Position numbers and translations under genes: made by a program | Notes under the pieces: model-generated | Database searches by the model: none | The model's input: the letters and a program-made list of their open reading frames with translations, nothing else | What the model was told of the DNA's origin: nothing | Assembly: GCA_030390025.1 (NCBI GenBank) | Contig: CM059431.1 | Span: 95,420,001-95,484,000, forward strand | DNA length: 64,000 bases | Direction of reading: 5' to 3' | Source: Squalus acanthias | Taxonomy: Eukaryota | Shown: one piece after another, positions 42,401 through 52,612 of the stretch | How positions within the stretch are numbered: position 1 is the first letter of the stretch | Layout: each line of letters opens with the position of its first letter

Positions 42401-45240
42401 CTAACTGGTTCACCACAACTCCCTGTAACTAGTTCACCACAACACCCTCTAACTGGTTCACCACAACACCCTCTAACTGGTTCACCACAACTTCCTGTAA
42501 CTGATTCACCACAACACCCTCAAACTAGTTCACCAGAACTTCCTCTAACTGGTTCACCACAACACCCTCTCACTGGTTCACCACAACATCCTCTAACTGG
42601 TTCATCACAACACACTCTAACTAGTTGACCACGACTTCACCTAACTAGTTCAATACGACTTCCTCTAACTGGTACACCACAACTTCCTCTAAAAGGTTCA
42701 CCACAACACTCTCTAACTAGTTCAACACAACTTCCTCTAACTAGTTCACCACAACTTCGTCTAAGTGGTTCACCACAACTTCCTCTAACTGGTTCACCAC
42801 AACTTCCTCTAACTAGTTCACCACAACTTCCTCTCACTGGTTCACCACAACTTCCTGTATCTGATTCACCACAACACCCTCTAACTAGTTCACCACAACT
42901 TCCTGTAACTAGTTCACCACAACTTCCTCTAACTGGTTCACCACAACATCCTCTAACTAGTTCACCAAAACTTCCTCTAACTAGTTCACCACAACATCCT
43001 CGAACTGGTTCACCACAACTTCCTGTAATTAGTTCACCACAACATCCTCTAACTAGTTCACCACAACTTCCTCTAACTGGTTCACCACAACATCCTCTAA
43101 CTGGTTCACCACAACTTCCTGTAACTAGTTCACCACAACACCCTCTAACTGGTTCACCACAACACCCTCTAACTGGTTCACCACAACTTCCTGTAACTGA
43201 TTCACCACAACACCCTCTAACTAGTTCACCACAACTTCCCCTAACTAGTTCACCACACCTTTGTTTAACTGGTTCACCACAACTTCCTCTAACTAGTTCA
43301 CAACAACACCCTCTGACTAGTTCACCACAACTTCCCCCAACTAGTTCACCACAACTTCCCCCAACTAGTTCACCACAACTTCCTCTAACTGGTTCACTAA
43401 TGCATCCTCTAACTCGTTCACCCCAACTTCATCTAACTAGTTCACCACAACATCCTCTAACTAGTTCACCACAACACCCTTTAACTATTTCATCACAACT
43501 TCCTCTAAATGGTTCACCACCACATACCTAACTAGTACACCACAGCACCCTTTAACTATTTCATCACAACATCCCCTAACTAGTTCACCACAACTTCCTC
43601 TAACTGGTTCACCACAACATCCTCTAACTAGTTCACACAAAACTCCTCTAACTAGTTCATCACAACTTCATCTAACTGGTTCACCACTAGCTTCCTGTAA
43701 TGAGTTCACCACAACTTCCCTAACTAGTTCACCACAACTTCCTCTAACTAGTTCACCACAACTCCTCGAACTGGTTCACCACAACTTCCTGTAACTGATT
43801 CACCACAACACCCTCTAACTAGTTCACCACAACTTCCTGTAACAAGTTCACCACAACTTCCTCTAACTGGTTCACCACAACATCCTCTAACTAGTTCACC
43901 ACAACTTCCTGTAATTAGTTCACCACAACATCCTCGAACTAGTTCACCACAACTTCCTCTAACTGGTTCACCACAACATCCTCTAACTGGTTCACCACAA
44001 ATTCCTGTAACTAGTTCACCACAACACCCTCTAACTAGTTCACCACAACTTCCCCTAACTAGTTCACCACACCTTTGTTTAACTGGTTCACCACAACACG
44101 CTCTAACTAGTTCAACACAACTTCCTCGAACTGGTTCACCACAACTTCCCCAAACTAGTTCACCACAACTTCCTCTAACTGGTTCACCAAAATTTCCTCT
44201 ATCTAGTTCACCACAACATCCTCCAACTGGTTCACCGCAACTTCGTCTAACTGGTTCACCACAACTTCCTCTAACTGGTTCACCACAACTTCCTCTAACT
44301 GGTTCACCACAACTTCCACTAACTGGTTCATCACAACTTCTTCAAACTAGTTCACCACAACTTCCTCTAACTAGTTCACCAAAACTTTTGTCTAACTGGT
44401 TCAACACAATTTCCTCTAACTAGTTCACCACAATAGCCTCTAACTAGTTCACCACAACACCTGCTAACTGGTTCAACAAACATCCTCTAACTGGTTCAAA
44501 TCAACACCTTCTAACTAGTTCACCACAACATCCTCTAACTGGTTCACCACAACATCCTCTAACTGGTTCACCACAACACCCTCTAACTAGTTCACCACAA
44601 CTTCCTCTAACTGGTTCACCACAACACCCTCTAACTGGTTCACCACAACATCCTCTAACTGGTTCACCACAACACCTTCTAACTAGTTCACCACAACATC
44701 CTCTAACTGGTTCACCACAACATCCTCTAACTGGTTCAAATCAACACCTTCTAACTAGTTCACCACAACATCCTCTAACTGGTTCACCACAACATCCTCT
44801 AACTGGTTCACCACAACATCCTCTAACTGGTTCACCACAACTTCCTCTAACTGGTTCACCACAACTTCCTCTAACTAGTTCACCTCAACATCCTCTAACT
44901 AGTTCACCACAACTTTCTCTAACTGGTTCGCCACAACTTCCTCTAACTAGTTCACCACAACTTTCTCTAACTGGTTCACCACAACTTCCTTTAACTGGTT
45001 CACCACAACTTCCTCTAACTAGTTCACCACAACTTCCTCTAACTGTTTCAGCACAACTTTCTCTAACTAGTTCACCACAACTTCCTCTAGCTGGTTCACC
45101 ACAACTTCCTCTAACTAGTTCACCACAACTTCCTTTAACTGGTTAAACACAACTTCCTCTAACTGGGTCACCACAACACCCTCTAACTGGTTCACCACAA
45201 CTTCCTTTAACTGGTTCACCGCAACACCTTCTAACTGGTG

Positions 45241-45279
45241 CTTGCTATCCACTCTATCTAGGCCCCTCATCATTTTATA
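45241..45279 (-). mobile_element. CR1 LINE copy A, short ORF2 C-terminal piece abutting the satellite
   Basis: TATCCACTCTATCTAGGCCCCTCATCATTTTATA matches other copies (56207-56240 TATCTACCCTATCTATGCCCCTCATAATTTTGTA) and continues at ~52613. Confidence 0.7.
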
Positions 45280-45780
45280 GGGTTACATCGGATATACAGC
45301 GCAGAAACAGGCCATTTGGCCCAACCAGTTTATGCCAGTATTTATGCTCCACTCGAACCTGCTGTCTTTCCTCATCTAAGCCTATCAGCATGACCTTCTA
45401 TTTCCTTCTCCCTCATATGCTTATCAAGCCTCCACTTAAATGCATCAATACTGTTCACTTCAACCACTCCCTGTGGCAGCGACTTCCACATTCTCACCAC
45501 TCTCTGGGTAAAGAAGTTTCTTCTGAATTCCCTATTTGATTTTTTGGTGACTATCTTATATTGATGGCCTCTCGGTTCGCTCTTCCCCACAAGTGAAAAC
45601 ACTCTCTCTCTGTCTACTCTATCAAAACCTTTCATGATGTTAAAGACCTCTATTAGGTCAACCCTCAGCCTTCACATTTCAAGAGAAAAGAGACCCAGCC
45701 TGTTCATCCTTTCCTGATAGGTGTACCCTCGCATTTCTGCTATCATCCTTGTAAATCTTCTCTGCACCCTCACCAGTGCT

Positions 45781-45993
45781 GGTCAGAGTAGAAATAGGAG
45801 GATATTTCAAATGAATACGTGGCTAGAGGAATGGTGCAAGGGGGGCGGGGGGGGATTCAAATTCCTTGGACATTGGAACCGGTTCTGGGGGAGGTGGGAC
45901 CAGTACAAACGGGATGGTCTGCACCTGGGCAGGGCCGGGACCGATGTCCTAGGGGGAGTGATTGCTAGTGCTGTTGGGGAGGGTTTAAACTAA
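45781..45993 (+). pseudogene. CR1 ORF1 C-terminal remnant, SGNH/GDSL esterase-like domain
   Basis: MNTWLEEWC...FLGHWNRFWGRWDQYKRDGLHL...GLN* contains the DxxH block-V motif and lies just upstream of ORF2, as in vertebrate CR1 ORF1. Confidence 0.8.
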
Positions 45994-46180
45994 AGTGGCA
46001 GGGGGTTGGGAACCTGAGCAGGGAGATAGAGGAAAGGGAAGCAAGGATAAAAGCAAAAGACAGGAAGGAGAAAAACAAAAGTAGAAGGCAAAGAACTCAA
46101 TGGTTTAAATCCAACATGGTCACAGTAAATAATAATTCATATAGGTCTGAGAGCGTTAAAAAAACAATCCTGAAGGCTTT

Positions 46181-46953
46181 GGGGGAAAAATTCAGCTGCT
46201 TGCGCCTCCCGTTAGCGCCTTAAATGGGCGCTAATGGGGCGTAAAGCAGCTAACGCCCGGGCGCAGCGCCGCCCACGCCTCCCGAAAAATTTAGTGGGAG
46301 GTTAGCGGCGGCGGCAGCCGGTAGCGCCCTGTGGCGCTGCGCCGCCGGCGATGACGTCATCGCCGTGCGCAGCGCCCCGCTCGCGCCCCGGCCGTGATCT
46401 TCAGTCGCGCCCCCTGATTTACCGCCAGACGCTATGTCCGACGGGTTCAGGGGGGCGTACGTGCGGCCGGGGCGGCGATATTTAAAGGGGAGGTGGCAGG
46501 CGGCCATTTTTGTTGCTGGCCGCCTGCCAGCACCTGCCCCCGTTGCTGTCCCCGGCCCCCGTGAAGCCCCCCCACCGTGAAGTGCCGGCTGCGCTCCAAG
46601 AGCCCGGCACTTCTCTTGAGTGCCGGGCTCTTTTGCCGGCACTCCCGATCCCTGGGAGCCCAGCTGGGCCCCGGTTCGCGCTGCGCAAGGCCCCTCCCCT
46701 TTAAGAAGGGGAGGAAGGCCTGCAATACCGCGGCGCGACGTGCCGCAGCGCGTGGCGCTGCGGCACGTAGCGCCAGGATATTCACTCGCAGCGCCCCAAG
46801 AGGGATGCGGGGTGCTTCCAGTTGCGCCCCGCTTCCCTCTTGGGGCGCAACAACTGAAGTTCCGGCGCGGGGCCGCTAATTTTTTCGGGGCGCTAAAAGT
46901 CGCGCCCCGGCGAGGTTAGCGCCCCAAATGGGGCGCGACTCAATTTTTACCCC
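46181..46953. mobile_element. MITE-1: 773-bp GC-rich non-autonomous TIR element, PIF/Harbinger-like
   Basis: TIR GGGGGAAAAATTCAG / CTCAATTTTTACCCC (13/15); 3-bp TSD TTT (46178-80, 46954-56); removal restores CR1 codons CTG AAG GCT TTG TGT CTT AAT. Confidence 0.88.
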
Positions 46954-49900
46954 TTTGTGTCTTAATGCAAGGAGCATTCGGAACAAGGTGGATGAATTAG
47001 CTGCGCAAATAGAGGTAAATGAATACGATTTGATTGGGATTACAGAAACATGGCTCCAGGGTGGACAAGGCTAGGAACTCAACATCCAGGGGTATTCAAT
47101 ATTTAGGAAAGATAGGCAAAAAAGAAAGGGAGGTGGGGTAGCATTGCTGGTTAAAGAGGGGATTAACACAATTGAAAGGAAGGATAGTAACTCTGATGAT
47201 GCGGAATCTGTATGGGTAGAACTGAGAAATAACAAGGGGCAGAAAACGTTAGTGGGAGTGGTATATAGACCTCCACACAGTAATACGGAGGTTGGGAATG
47301 GCATTAAAAGGGAAATTAGAGAAGCATGCAGTAAGGGCACAGCAGTCATCATGGGTGACTTTAATTTACATATAGATTGGGCTAACCAAATTAGTAAAAA
47401 TACTGTGGAGGAGGAATTCCTAGAATGTTTACGGGATGGTTTTCTGAAACAATATGTCGAGGAACCAACCAGAGATCAGGCCATCTTAGACTGGGTATTA
47501 TGTAACGAGAAAGAATTAATTAGCAATCTTGTTGTACGAGGCCCCTTGGGTCAGAGTGATCATAATATGATAGAATTCTTCATTAGGATGGAGAGTGAAG
47601 TAGTTGAATCAGAGACTAGGGTCCTGAATTTAAATAAAGGAAACTACGATGGTATGAGGCGCGAATTGGGTAGGATTGATTGGGGAATGTCACTCAAAGG
47701 GTTGACGGTGGATAGGCAATGGCAAACATTCAAAGATTGCATGGATGAACTACAGAATTTGTTCATCCCAGTGTGGCATAAGAATAAAACAAAAAGGGTG
47801 ACTCAACCGTGGCTAAGAAGGGAAATTAGGGATAGTATAAGATCCAAGGAGAGGGCATATAAATTGGCCAGAAAAAGCGGTAACCCTGAGGATTGGGAAC
47901 AGTTTAGGATTCAACAAAGGAGGACAAAGGGATTAATTAAGAAGGGGAAAATAGAATATGAAAGTAAGCTTGCTGGGAACATAAAAACTGACTGTAAGAG
48001 CTTTTATAGATATGTGAAAAGAAAAAGATTAGTGAAATCAAGTGTAGGTCCCTTGCAGTCAGAAGCGGGGCAAGTTATAATGGGGAACAAAGAAATGGCA
48101 GATCAATTAAATGCATATTTTGGTTCTGTCTTCACAAAGGAGGACACAAATAACCTCCCAGAGATGTTGGAGAACATAGGGTCTGATGAAAGGGAGGAAC
48201 TGAAATAAATCAGTATTTGCAGGGAAATGGTGTTAGGGAAATTGACGGGATTGAAGGTCAATAAATCCCCAGGGTCTGATAATCTACATCCTAGGGTTCT
48301 TAAGGAAGTGGCCCTAAAATAGTAGATGCATTGCTCATCATCTTCCATCATTCGATGGAATCTGGAACTGTACCCATGGATTGGGGTATAGTTAATGTTA
48401 CCCCACTATTCAAAAAAGGTGGTAGAGAGAAAGCGGGGAATTACAGACCGGTAAGCCTGACATCGGTAGTGGGGAAAATGCTAGAGTCCATTATAAAGGA
48501 TGTAATAGCTGAGCACTTGAAAAACAATGACAGGATCGGACAAAGTCAACATGGATTTACAAAAGGTAAATCGTGCTTGACTAATCTACTGGAATTTTTT
48601 GAGGATGTAACTGGGAAAATAGATAAGGGAGAACCAGTAGATGTGGTGTATTTGGACTTTCAAAAGGCTTTCGATAAGGTCCCGCATAAGAAATTGGGGG
48701 CAAGGTATTGACTTGGATAGAGAACTGGTTGGCGGACAGAAAGCAGAGAGTAGGAATTAATGGGTCTTTTTCCGAGTGGCAGGCAGTGACTAGTGGGGTA
48801 CCGCAGGGATCGGCCCTTGGACCCCAGCTATTCACAATATACATTAATGATCTAGATAAGGGAACTAAATATAATATCTCCAAGTTTGCAGATGACGCAA
48901 AGCTGGGTGGGAGTGTGTGCTGCGAGAAGGATACCGAGAAACTCCAGGATGATTTGGACAGGTTGGGTGAGTGGGCAGAAGCGTGGCAGATGCAATATAA
49001 CATGGATAAATGTGAGGTTATCCACTTTGGTGTCAAAAACAGAAAAGCAGACTATTATCTGAATGGCAATAGATTGGGAGAAGGGGAAGTGCAATGAGAC
49101 CTGGGTGTCCTTGTGCACCAGTCGCTGAAGGTAAGCATGCAGGTGCAGCAGGTGGTGAAGAAGGCAAATGGTATTTTGGCCTTCAGAGCAAAAGGGTTTG
49201 AGTATAGGAACAGGGTTGTCCTGCTGCAGTTGTACAGGGCCTTGGTGAGACCACACCTTGAGTACTGTGTGCAGTTTTGGTCGCCTTATCTGAGGAAGGA
49301 TGTTCTTGCCATGGAAGGAGTTCAGCGAAGATTCACAAGGCTGATACCTGGGATGGCAGGAATGACATATGAGGAGAGATTGGGTCGATTGGGCTTATAC
49401 TCACTGGAGTATAGAAGAATGAGAGGGGATCTCATCAAAACATATAAAATTCTGACAGGTCTGGACAAACTAGATGCAGGAAGAATGTTCCCGATGGTCG
49501 GAGAGTCCAGAACCAGGGGTCATAATCTAAGGATAAGGGGTAAGCCATTTAGGACAGAAATGAGGAAGAATTTCTTCACCCAGAGAGTGGTGAACCTGTG
49601 GAATTCTCTACCACAGAAGGTAGTTGAGGCCAAGTCATTAAATATATTCAAGAATGAGTTAGATATATTTCTTAAAGCTAAAGGTATCAAGGGATATGGG
49701 GAGAAGGCAGGTACAGGGTACTGAGTTTGGATGATCAGCCATGATCTCATCGAATGGAGGAGCAGGCTCGAGGGTCCGAATGGCCTACTCCTGCTCCTAT
49801 CTTCTATGTTTCTATATCCTTATTATAATATGGCGACCAGAATTGCACACAGTACTCCAAGTGTGGTCTAACCAAGGTTCGATACAAGTTTAGCATAACT

Positions 49901-50095
49901 TCACTACTTTTCAATTCTATCCCTCTAGAAATAAACCATAGTGCTTGGTTTGCTTTTTTTATGGCCTTGTTAACCTGTGTCCATACTTTTGATTTGTGTA
50001 TTTGTACTCCAAGATCCCTTTGTTCCTCTACCCCATTTTGATTCTTATTTTGCAAGTAATATGTAACCTCCCTATTTTTCTTACCAAAATGTAAT

Positions 50096-50833
50096 GGCCC
50101 TGAAATTCGCGTGGCCGGCTTGCCGCGGGGGTAAGGATCGCGCGCGCTCTTACCCACCGCGCCTGCCATTGTGTTTTGGGCCCATGGGAACTTCGGGTCC
50201 TGGGCCTGTTCCAACTGCCGGCGCGCAGTGCTTGCGTGTTCCAGGGGCGCAGTTAGTGTGATGCGACCCCTGGGATCACGTGGGCCATGGAGAGCCAATG
50301 GCAGCAGACCATCTTTCATTTGGCAGGAGACCTGTCAAATCTGTGAATTGAAATCGGCCCCAAAAGAGCAGCTAAACTTAAAATAATTTTTTTTTAAAAC
50401 CATCACATTTATAAATTAACCACTTTAAACAAAAATTTACATTTTTGAAAAAATTAAAATACTTTTTAAAAGTGATAAAAATAAACTTACCTTTCTTTAA
50501 AGTATCTAAAATTGATAAACTTGTTGAAAATTTTTTTAAATTATACTTAATTCACCACTTACCGATGTTCAAAAGGGGTCTTACGCCTCCTTTTTATTAG
50601 CGTAGTATCTTCAATACTTACCCTCGCGTAGAAACCTGAAAAAAAATCTAAGTGTGCTGCATGCGCGCAGCCTCTAGCGCGCACGAGGTTCACCTAGGAA
50701 CCGCCCCCTTCACCATACCGGAAGTTCCGGTTTCCCGCGCATGCGCAGTGCATGCAGGAAACCGGCACTTCGGGAAGCAATACGGGTGAGTACGCACTGA
50801 GTACTCACCCGGGAAGGCCCGAATTTTTGGGCC
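50096..50833. mobile_element. MITE-2: 738-bp non-autonomous TIR element, PIF/Harbinger-like
   Basis: TIR GGCCCTGAAATTCG / CGAATTTTTGGGCC (12/14); 3-bp TSD AAT (50093-95, 50834-36); removal restores the KC..LHFG spacing of CR1 copy B; GC-rich arms, AT-rich core. Confidence 0.85.
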
Positions 50834-52612
50834 AATTAATCACATTTATCTGTGTTGAATTTAATTTGCTAATTATATGCCCATTCTGCAAGTTTATTAA
50901 TGTCTTCTTGTAATTTGTTGCAGTCCGCCTTACTATTGGTTATTCCCCCCAATTTGGTGTTGTCCACAAATTTAGAAATTGTGTTTTTGATTGCAAGGTC
51001 TAAATCATTAATATAAATTGTGAACAACAGTGGTCCCAGCACTGATCCTTTTGGAACACCACTTCCCACCTTCTGCCACTCTGAATAGATACCCTTTACC
51101 CTGACTCTCTGCTTTCTGTCTTGAAGCCAGCTAGCTATCCATTCTGCTACTTGTCCCCTGACTCCGCATTCTCTGACCTTATTCATTAGTCTATTATGTG
51201 GTACCTTATCGTAGGCCTTTTGAAAATCTCGATAAATTACATCTACTGCATTACCCTTGTCTACTCTCTCTGTTTCCTCTTCAAAAAATTCAATTCGGTT
51301 GGCGATGCAAGACTTTCCCTTTTGAAATCCATAATGTTTATTATTATATTTTTGATTTCTAGATGTTTTTCTATTTTCTCCTTTAGTAGGGATTCCATTA
51401 TTTTTCCTACCACCGATGTTAAGCTGACTGGCCTATAGTTCCCTGGACATGTTCTATCTCCCTTCTTAAATATAGGTATTACGTTAGCTATCCACTCTGG
51501 CACTACACCTTTTTCTAATGAATTACTAAATATGTGTAGTAATGCCTCTGCTATTTCTTCCCGAGATTCTTTTAAATTGCGCAGATGTAATCCAGGGGTA
51601 TTATCCTCTTTGAGTTTGATTAGTTTATTTAGTATATCTCCTCATTTTATTTTAAATGCAATTAACTCATTACTAATCTCAGCAGCCGATGTCATCTCCA
51701 CCTGTTCTATCTCCCTGGTAAATACTGAAGCAAAGTAATTATTTAATATCTCTGCCATCTCTCTATTGCTGCCTGTGGTATTATCCTCTCCAGTGGCCCT
51801 ATTCCCATCCTGACTTTCCTTTTATTCATGTGCCTGTAAAATATTTTACTATTTTGTTTTATGTTCCTTGATAATTTAAGTTCCTAGATCCTCTTTGCCT
51901 TCCTAATTGTTTTTTTTTATTTCTCTCCTAATCACTTCATATTCTCCCTTATCATGCTCTCCCCTGCTGTCCATGTACTTAATGTATGCCTCTTTCCTTC
52001 CCCTCAATTTTACCCTTATGGCTTTATTCATCCACAGTGTCTCATTAGTGTTTAGCTTGTTCTTGTTTTTTAGCGGAATATATTTTTCCTGGACTCTGTT
52101 GAACACAATTTTAAATGTTTCCCATTGCTGTTCTACATCATTGTTTGTCAAAACTGTTGTCCATTTAATTTTCCCAAGTTCTATTCTCAGCCCCTCAAAA
52201 TTAGCTTTTCTCCAATCTATTAATCTTGTCTTTGTCATACTTATGTCCTTCTCAATTATTATCTTAAAGCCTATTATATTATGGTCTCTTATCTGCTCTG
52301 GTTCATTCGCCTTTTCTAGATACAAGAGCGAATTCGCCCTTGTTGGGCTTTTTACATATTGGGTTAGAAAGGAGTCCTGTACACATTATAAGAACTCCAT
52401 TCCCTTATCCCCTTTACCTACCTCTTCTGTCCAATTAATATTGGGGTAGTTGAAATCCCCCATGATTATTATTCTATGTTTTTTACTAATTTCCCTAATT
52501 TGTCTGCACATTTCTTCCTCCACCTTCCTTCCACTATTAGGTGGTCTGTAGACTACCCCTATTAGTGTGATTGATCCTTTATTATCTTTTATCTCTATCC
52601 AAATGAATTCTA

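Larger units (their letters stand above)
1..45239. repeat. 24-bp tandem satellite array (~1,875 monomers visible; continues beyond window start)
   Basis: Head-to-tail TCACCACAAC(TT/AT/AC/AA)CCTCTAACT(A/G)GT monomers in one orientation; last monomer ends ...CTAACTGGT at 45239; + strand has only 1-2 G per monomer; consensus lacks CpG. Confidence 0.99.
45773..49815 (+). mobile_element. CR1 LINE copy C (end of ORF1, full-length but disrupted ORF2, 3' UTR and tail)
   Basis: ORF2 start LKALCLNARSIRNK split by MITE-1; GVVYRPP, MGDFN, SDHN, QHGF, LDFQKAFDKV, VPQGS, FADD; stops at ~47072, 48206 and 49095, deletion near 48697; ends GAATGGCCTACTCCTGCTCCTAT-CTTCTATGTTTCTAT. Confidence 0.95.
45280..52612 (-). 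mobile_element. CR1 LINE copy B (decayed, 5'-truncated), interrupted by CR1 copy C and MITE-2
   Basis: 3' UTR and C-terminus (FFTQRVVRMW) at 45280-45780; resumes at 49811 (YCVQFWSPYYNKDI); RT motifs GVPKGSVLGPLLF and KFVDNTKL (50869-51186); NYRPVSLTS; APE motifs GVVYRPP and MGDFN (52386-52612); frameshifts and deletions. Confidence 0.9.

Noticed and set aside
9709..42837. Cys/Gly-rich minus-strand ORFs as keratin-associated or metallothionein-like genes
   Set aside because: Read-through of a stop-free monomer; most start at TTG/GTG; no unique termini; ORF limits follow satellite variants
1..45239. CRISPR array (24-bp repeats with a palindromic core)
   Set aside because: No spacers, no cas genes, vertebrate LINE context
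1..45239. True telomeric tract or G-quadruplex array
   Set aside because: No (TTAGGG)n run; G-tracts are mostly only GG
45181..45279. Satellite monomer derived from adjacent CR1 sequence
   Set aside because: Only a short CTGGTTC-type resemblance to the equivalent region of other copies; not convincing by eye
45721..45993. Signal-peptide-bearing esterase gene
   Set aside because: The hydrophobic N-terminus is antisense CR1-B fused by chance to the CR1-C ORF1 remnant; 49804-50319 and 59900-60883 are similar junction chimeras
46250..46919. Six overlapping Ala/Gly/Arg/Pro-rich ORFs
   Set aside because: Stop-poor GC-rich MITE interior; no transposase motifs
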